Shown here: piece by piece, positions 63,174 to 64,000 of the stretch
Position numbering within the stretch: position 1 is the first letter of the stretch
Layout: each line of letters opens with the position of its first letter
Assembly (NCBI GenBank): GCA_963768855.1
Contig: CAVYJM010000011.1
Location: 64,001-128,000 of the forward strand
Source of the DNA: an uncultured Thermoplasmata archaeon
GTDB lineage: Archaea > Thermoplasmatota > Thermoplasmata > RBG-16-68-12
DNA length: 64,000 nucleotides
Direction: 5' to 3'
Notes under the pieces: generated by a model
What the model saw: only the letters and a program-made list of their open reading frames with translations
What the model was told of the DNA's origin: nothing
Database searches by the model: none
Made by a program: the position numbers and the translations under genes

Positions 63174-64000
63174 ATGCGGCTGCGCATCAAACGGATCTTC
63201 CGGAACGCCGGCGACCATCTGGACCAGATCGTGCTCATGAACTCCGTGGAACCCCACATCGACATGTCCTTCTTCTATGCGACGGGGATCACGGACGGAC
63301 TGTTCGAGGGGTGCGCTGCCTTCCTTCAGCCGGACGGGAGCGCTGAGATCATGACGACCGCGCTGGAGGAGGAGGCCGCGAAGAAGAGCGGGCTGCCTCT
63401 CCACGTGTTCCGCCATCGCGAGGAGCCCGCGAGGCTCATCCGGAAGATGCTTGCGGGCCGCCGGCGGATCGGGATCAACGCCGACGAGCTCACCCACACT
63501 GCGTTCCAGCGCCTGCGCAAGGCCGCCCCCAAGACCGCGAAGTTCGTGGACGTCTCGGAGGCCGTCACGGACGCGCGCCTGGTCAAGGATGCGCAGGAGA
63601 TCGAGTACATCCAGAAGGCGTGCGACATCGCGTCCAAGTCCTTCGAGCAGACCCTCTCCTTCATCCGTCCGGGAGTGCGGGAGTCCGAGATCGCCTCGGA
63701 GCTCGTATACCACATGCAGCGGAACGGGGCCACGGGTCCCTCGTTCCGCACGATCGTCGGGTCCGGCCCGAACAGCGCGGAGCCCCACTACACGGCCGGT
63801 CCTCGCAAGATCCGGAAGGGCGACCTCATCGTGATCGACTTCGGGTCGTTGTACCACATGTACTGCTCCGACGTGACCCGCACGGTCGTCGTGGGCAAGG
63901 CGAGCGACGAGCAGCGGCGGATGTTCGACACGGTCGCCCGCGCGCAAAGGGCGGCGCTGCCCAAGCTCCGCCCGGGGACGAAGGGCAAGGCAGTCGACGC
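63174..64000 (+). CDS. pepQ: Xaa-Pro peptidase (M24B prolidase / aminopeptidase P), runs off the window end
   Basis: Translated by hand: RLVKDAQEI, PSFRTIVGSGPNSAEPHY, IDFG, YCSDVTRT. Confidence 0.92.
   Translation, partial: MRLRIKRIFRNAGDHLDQIVLMNSVEPHIDMSFFYATGITDGLFEGCAAFLQPDGSAEIMTTALEEEAAKKSGLPLHVFRHREEPARLIRKMLAGRRRIGINADELTHTAFQRLRKAAPKTAKFVDVSEAVTDARLVKDAQEIEYIQKACDIASKSFEQTLSFIRPGVRESEIASELVYHMQRNGATGPSFRTIVGSGPNSAEPHYTAGPRKIRKGDLIVIDFGSLYHMYCSDVTRTVVVGKASDEQRRMFDTVARAQRAALPKLRPGTKGKAVD

Noticed and set aside
1-64000. CRISPR arrays, rRNA, tRNA, tandem repeats, integrases
   Set aside because: None recognised on either strand by eye; the intergenic gaps are short and show no periodic repeats.

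Overview
GC-rich archaeal chromosomal window, most likely from a Thermoplasmata lineage. The archaeal call rests on ribosomal protein S17e, RNase P protein Rpp21, an ATP-dependent DNA ligase and TATA-like boxes about 25-35 nt upstream of many start codons; the class-level call is inference. About 60 genes, mostly amino-acid, acyl-CoA and aromatic catabolism. No rRNA, tRNA, CRISPR array or transposase was seen. Main blocks: (1) aldehyde dehydrogenase, saccharopine-dehydrogenase-like gene and a split glycine-cleavage P-protein pair whose substrate loops are clearly non-canonical; (2) queC-cupin-queD; (3) a BoxB-like diiron aryl-CoA epoxidase next to a single-domain BoxC-like crotonase; (4) a homogentisate cluster (hmgA, degenerate PRTase-fold gene, fahA, half-size HppD-like gene) with no maleylacetoacetate isomerase; (5) a LeuA/LeuC/LeuD/LeuB-family 2-oxoacid elongation operon; (6) a dispersed 2-oxoacid dehydrogenase cluster (two E1-alpha, one E1-beta, E2, E3, lipA, lipB) that encloses a FixABCX/ETF module; (7) housekeeping genes at the right end. 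The strongest non-coding signal is an identical 23-bp AT-rich dyad element upstream of two unrelated genes 18 kb apart. Two paralogous claudin-like 4-TM proteins, one fused to a longin-like domain, and several small ORFs missing from the ORF track were also found. All family assignments come from motifs recognised by eye; no searches were run.
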